A stretch of 64,000 nt of DNA, taken from the NCBI RefSeq assembly GCF_009914755.1, contig NC_060937.1. One strand, written 5' to 3'. The notes beneath the pieces are model-generated. The model had not been told where the DNA came from. It was given only the letters and a program-made list of their open reading frames with translations, and did not search any database. Positions 60,810 to 64,000 of this stretch are shown piece by piece. The translations under genes were made by a program, and so were the position numbers. Each line of letters opens with the position of its first letter. The first letter of the stretch is position 1. Origin of the DNA: the human T2T-CHM13v2.0 reference genome, Homo sapiens.

Positions 60810-61440
60810 TGTTATACCATTTACTATATCCCGCAGCGCATCTGAACTAATTCACAGAGGACCTGGTTGGAGGCCTGGAGAAAATCGGCAGTCTCACATG
60901 TAAACTTCCAGTTTATTGGGATGAGCTAAAAGAGTGTATTCTCGACAAAGTCTAGCAGGCTCAGCAATGTGGGTTGCGTGTGGCTTCTCAGGACTCCTAG
61001 GTCCTCCTGGGCACACATGCTTTGCTGGTGGCAATGGCACTCCTCCTGTCCAAGGAGTTCTGCCACATCCCCCTCCCGAGAAGGAGCTTGCCTTGCTTCT
61101 TTCAACCATGTCACTTGGAACTCCAGCCTTTAGCAAGCCATAGCAACTGGGATCAAAGGATTTAGATATCAGGTACAACTTTTAACTTTACTTCCAGTTA
61201 TTTCATGCTTCATGGACCACAAATTATGTAACTATGACTAGGAGTCATGCGTGGCCAATCACAATGCAACTACCTTGTGTGTGGAGGACCAGCCTGTGGG
61301 CCCGTGCAGCCACACGAGCTATAGTGTGAAGGTCTAGAGAGAAGTGATCACAGCCAGTCTGGGCACGGCCTATGGCACTGTCCACATGAGAATATTCTCT
61401 GCAGCTTGAACCCAGTAAAAATATCGTCTCCCCTAATACC
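60810..61440 (-). mobile_element. Possible ancient solo LTR, family not identified
   Basis: ~630 bp GC-richer block with sharp edges. Ends ...TATAACA on the minus strand with AATAAA ~100 nt upstream (60912-60917). Confidence 0.35.
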
Positions 61441-62755
61441 CTAATATTATTTTGTTATTGAACACTTTATCACATTTTAGTATAATATTTCCTTCTTCTC
61501 TTAGTCCGACAAGGAGCTTAGAGATAGCTTTTATATTCAATTGAAACACTGTATTTTGGGTGCATGATTTTGGGGGAATTTTGTTTGTTTGTTTTTTAAC
61601 AAGCTACTCAAATCATGTTTATCCAAAATTAAAAGATATAGACTGCTAAGAAAACTGTGAGGTCTATTTTGAAACAGATAAATGAGAATGAAAGAAGTTA
61701 GAGTATAAATGTAATTTAAACATACAATATTCAGCAACTATCAGAAAATAAAAATTTATTGAAGAAATTTCCTATTCTTTCTGAATTTCTCATGCTGAGG
61801 AAGAATGATTTTTAAAAAAGCTATTTGACTTTTGGAATTTTATCCTCAGGGATAAAACTCAGAACACTACAAAATGATTTATGTATGAGAACATTCATTG
61901 TGGCATTTTAAAAATTGAAATAAAGAAGAAATATTAAATCTCTAATATACCTGTAAAATTATTTTTGAGGAATCTTTAGTAAAGTGAGAAAATGCTCACA
62001 ACCTAGACTTGGATAGGAAGGCAAATTGAAAATAACATGTATAATTAATATAAATACCAATATCTGATGTTTGTGGAGTGCTTACTACATGCCAGACATT
62101 GTACTGAGTATTTTTCACTGATTACCAGAAGAAATAATTTATTTTGGAAAATGTAAAATATATGCAAATAAGTGAATGGCACAATCCAAAGTACCCATAA
62201 TTGTCCACATCGAGAAAAAAAAAAAGACCTATCATGAGCATTGACAAATATACCAGGAACTGTGAGAGGAAATTTAGGTGCATTCACTCAGTTATTCCTC
62301 CCAGAAAACCAGTGATGTAGGTTATTTTTGTCATTCATGCTCATTCCACTAGATGACACTGCTATAATAATAATAATAATAGTAGTAGTAGTAGGAGGAG
62401 TTATAACATATCTCCCCTCCTTGAAAAATGATACTTTTAATGATAACCCTAAAGAGCATCAGTGAAAATTAAATTTATAATATCCACTTACATATTAAGT
62501 ATGTTTAAAATGTTGTAATTCTTTTGTAATTGATAATCTATTTGTAGTATCTATAGACCGATGTACCAAGGCAGTAAAACATCACAATTTAACTTTTATA
62601 CTTTTTTATTTTCTTGGAATACAATGTACATGTCCCCATAGAAATGTTTAAACAGTAGTTAGTGACTGATTTCAGACAAAAAAAAATGCTATTAATTCAT
62701 TTACTTAGGAGTTCAGAAGAGGTAAGGTATGCTGAGGAACTCTCTCACATTCAAG

Positions 62756-62793
62756 CACACACACACACACACACACACGCGCACACACACACA
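62756..62793. repeat. (CA)n(CG)(CA)n microsatellite
   Basis: Read directly from the sequence. Confidence 0.9.
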
Positions 62794-64000
62794 CCTGTGG
62801 AATAAGCATCTCTCACTCCCCTTTATGCTGAATGAACTTGCCAAGGGCTTCCGTTGGTAGTGGCCATTACAGATGTCCTCTTATGCTGGATTTGGAACAG
62901 GACATGAGAGGAGAGTCAGGCTTGGACTGGCACAGGAAATGAGGATTCTGCCAAAGTAAGAGGGGATCCGGGTGCCCTCTGAAGAGCTGAGACTCAGTGC
63001 CTTGTCAGAAGGGCTTCTCGTGGGCTCAAGGGAGAAAGGGAGAAGGGCTAAGATTTCCATGAGATGGATGAGAGAGGGCCTTCAGATCCCAGGACTCTTA
63101 ACATGGAGGATGTTCACTAAAGGGTAGGGAAACGGGGCTCTCAAAACACCGGAACCAACTTGTAGCAGCTGCTTGATCTAACATGGAAATAGCAGCTCAG
63201 ACATTTTCATTGCTAGACATTCTGAAGAAATATGAAATTTTCTGAATATTAAGAGACCCCATCATCACCTCTGTATTCAAAATGTCTTTTCATTTATGCT
63301 GTCAGAAGATGATTAGAAATAAAATTTGAAGTGAAACCGTACACAATTTTTACCTAGATTTATCATCCTTCTTTGAAAAATATTCTTGACTATATTCGTT
63401 ACTCTGAGCCTTTTCAACATTCTGTTTTGTACAATTCAATCATACTATTGAATAATAATGTGATAATATGTGAAATTTACTATTTTTTGGATTATCTATC
63501 TAACTTTTTCTACTCTAATGTAATACAATTCTGTTTGGTTATTTAATATCACCACTTGCTCACTCATTACCTGTTCATTGGGATTGTTTACAGGTAATAT
63601 TTAAGACGTAGAAGCAGAAGACAATGCTACAATGTAGGACAATAAAAATACTATTTCAAATGTGTCATCTCTATACTGGCCCCAAAAGAGGAATGGTACG
63701 TTTAACGGAAGAGAATTATATTACAAATCATGCTTAAATAATAAAAGCCATCATTTAAGAAAGAGTCTCCTCCAGAACTGTACTTAAAATAATTTATTTG
63801 GGATGCAAAAGTACTTTCAATTGTCTCTATTCATCTTTACGGTCCTACCTTCAAGAGCTAGTTACAAATCTCATTCTGCATTTTGTCAGCTACTTGAACC
63901 CAGCTCTCTCATTTATGAACTTGAACTTCAATTCTATATTGTCAGAATAGTGCATTATTACAGTGTTAGGAGTGTATGTCTATTTTAATGGAAACTATAT

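Overview
AT-rich, repeat-dense primate genomic DNA, almost certainly human or great ape (Alu, L1, MIR, THE1/MST, HERV-H). I cannot recognise any protein-coding gene, RNA gene or CRISPR array. Nearly all listed ORFs are chance ORFs or translations of repeats. The dominant structure is a pair of independently integrated, internally deleted HERV-H proviruses in convergent (tail-to-tail) orientation: provirus A at 18140-23720 (+) and provirus B at 27147-32854 (-), 3426 bp apart. Together they form a ~14.7 kb imperfect inverted repeat. Each has its own 5-bp TSD and its own LTR7 subtype. Provirus B carries the U3 type I associate with pluripotency-active LTR7, an intact major splice donor, a CpG-retaining 5' LTR and a 7x21-bp leader minisatellite. 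Elsewhere there are nested MaLR/Alu/L1 insertions with readable TSDs, a twin-primed L1, a very decayed retroviral integrase relic near 3.3-3.6 kb, two templated-insertion repair scars and a few weak candidate minus-strand exons. Family and subfamily names come from my memory of consensus sequences. All counts were done by eye and need RepeatMasker/Dfam and alignment confirmation.
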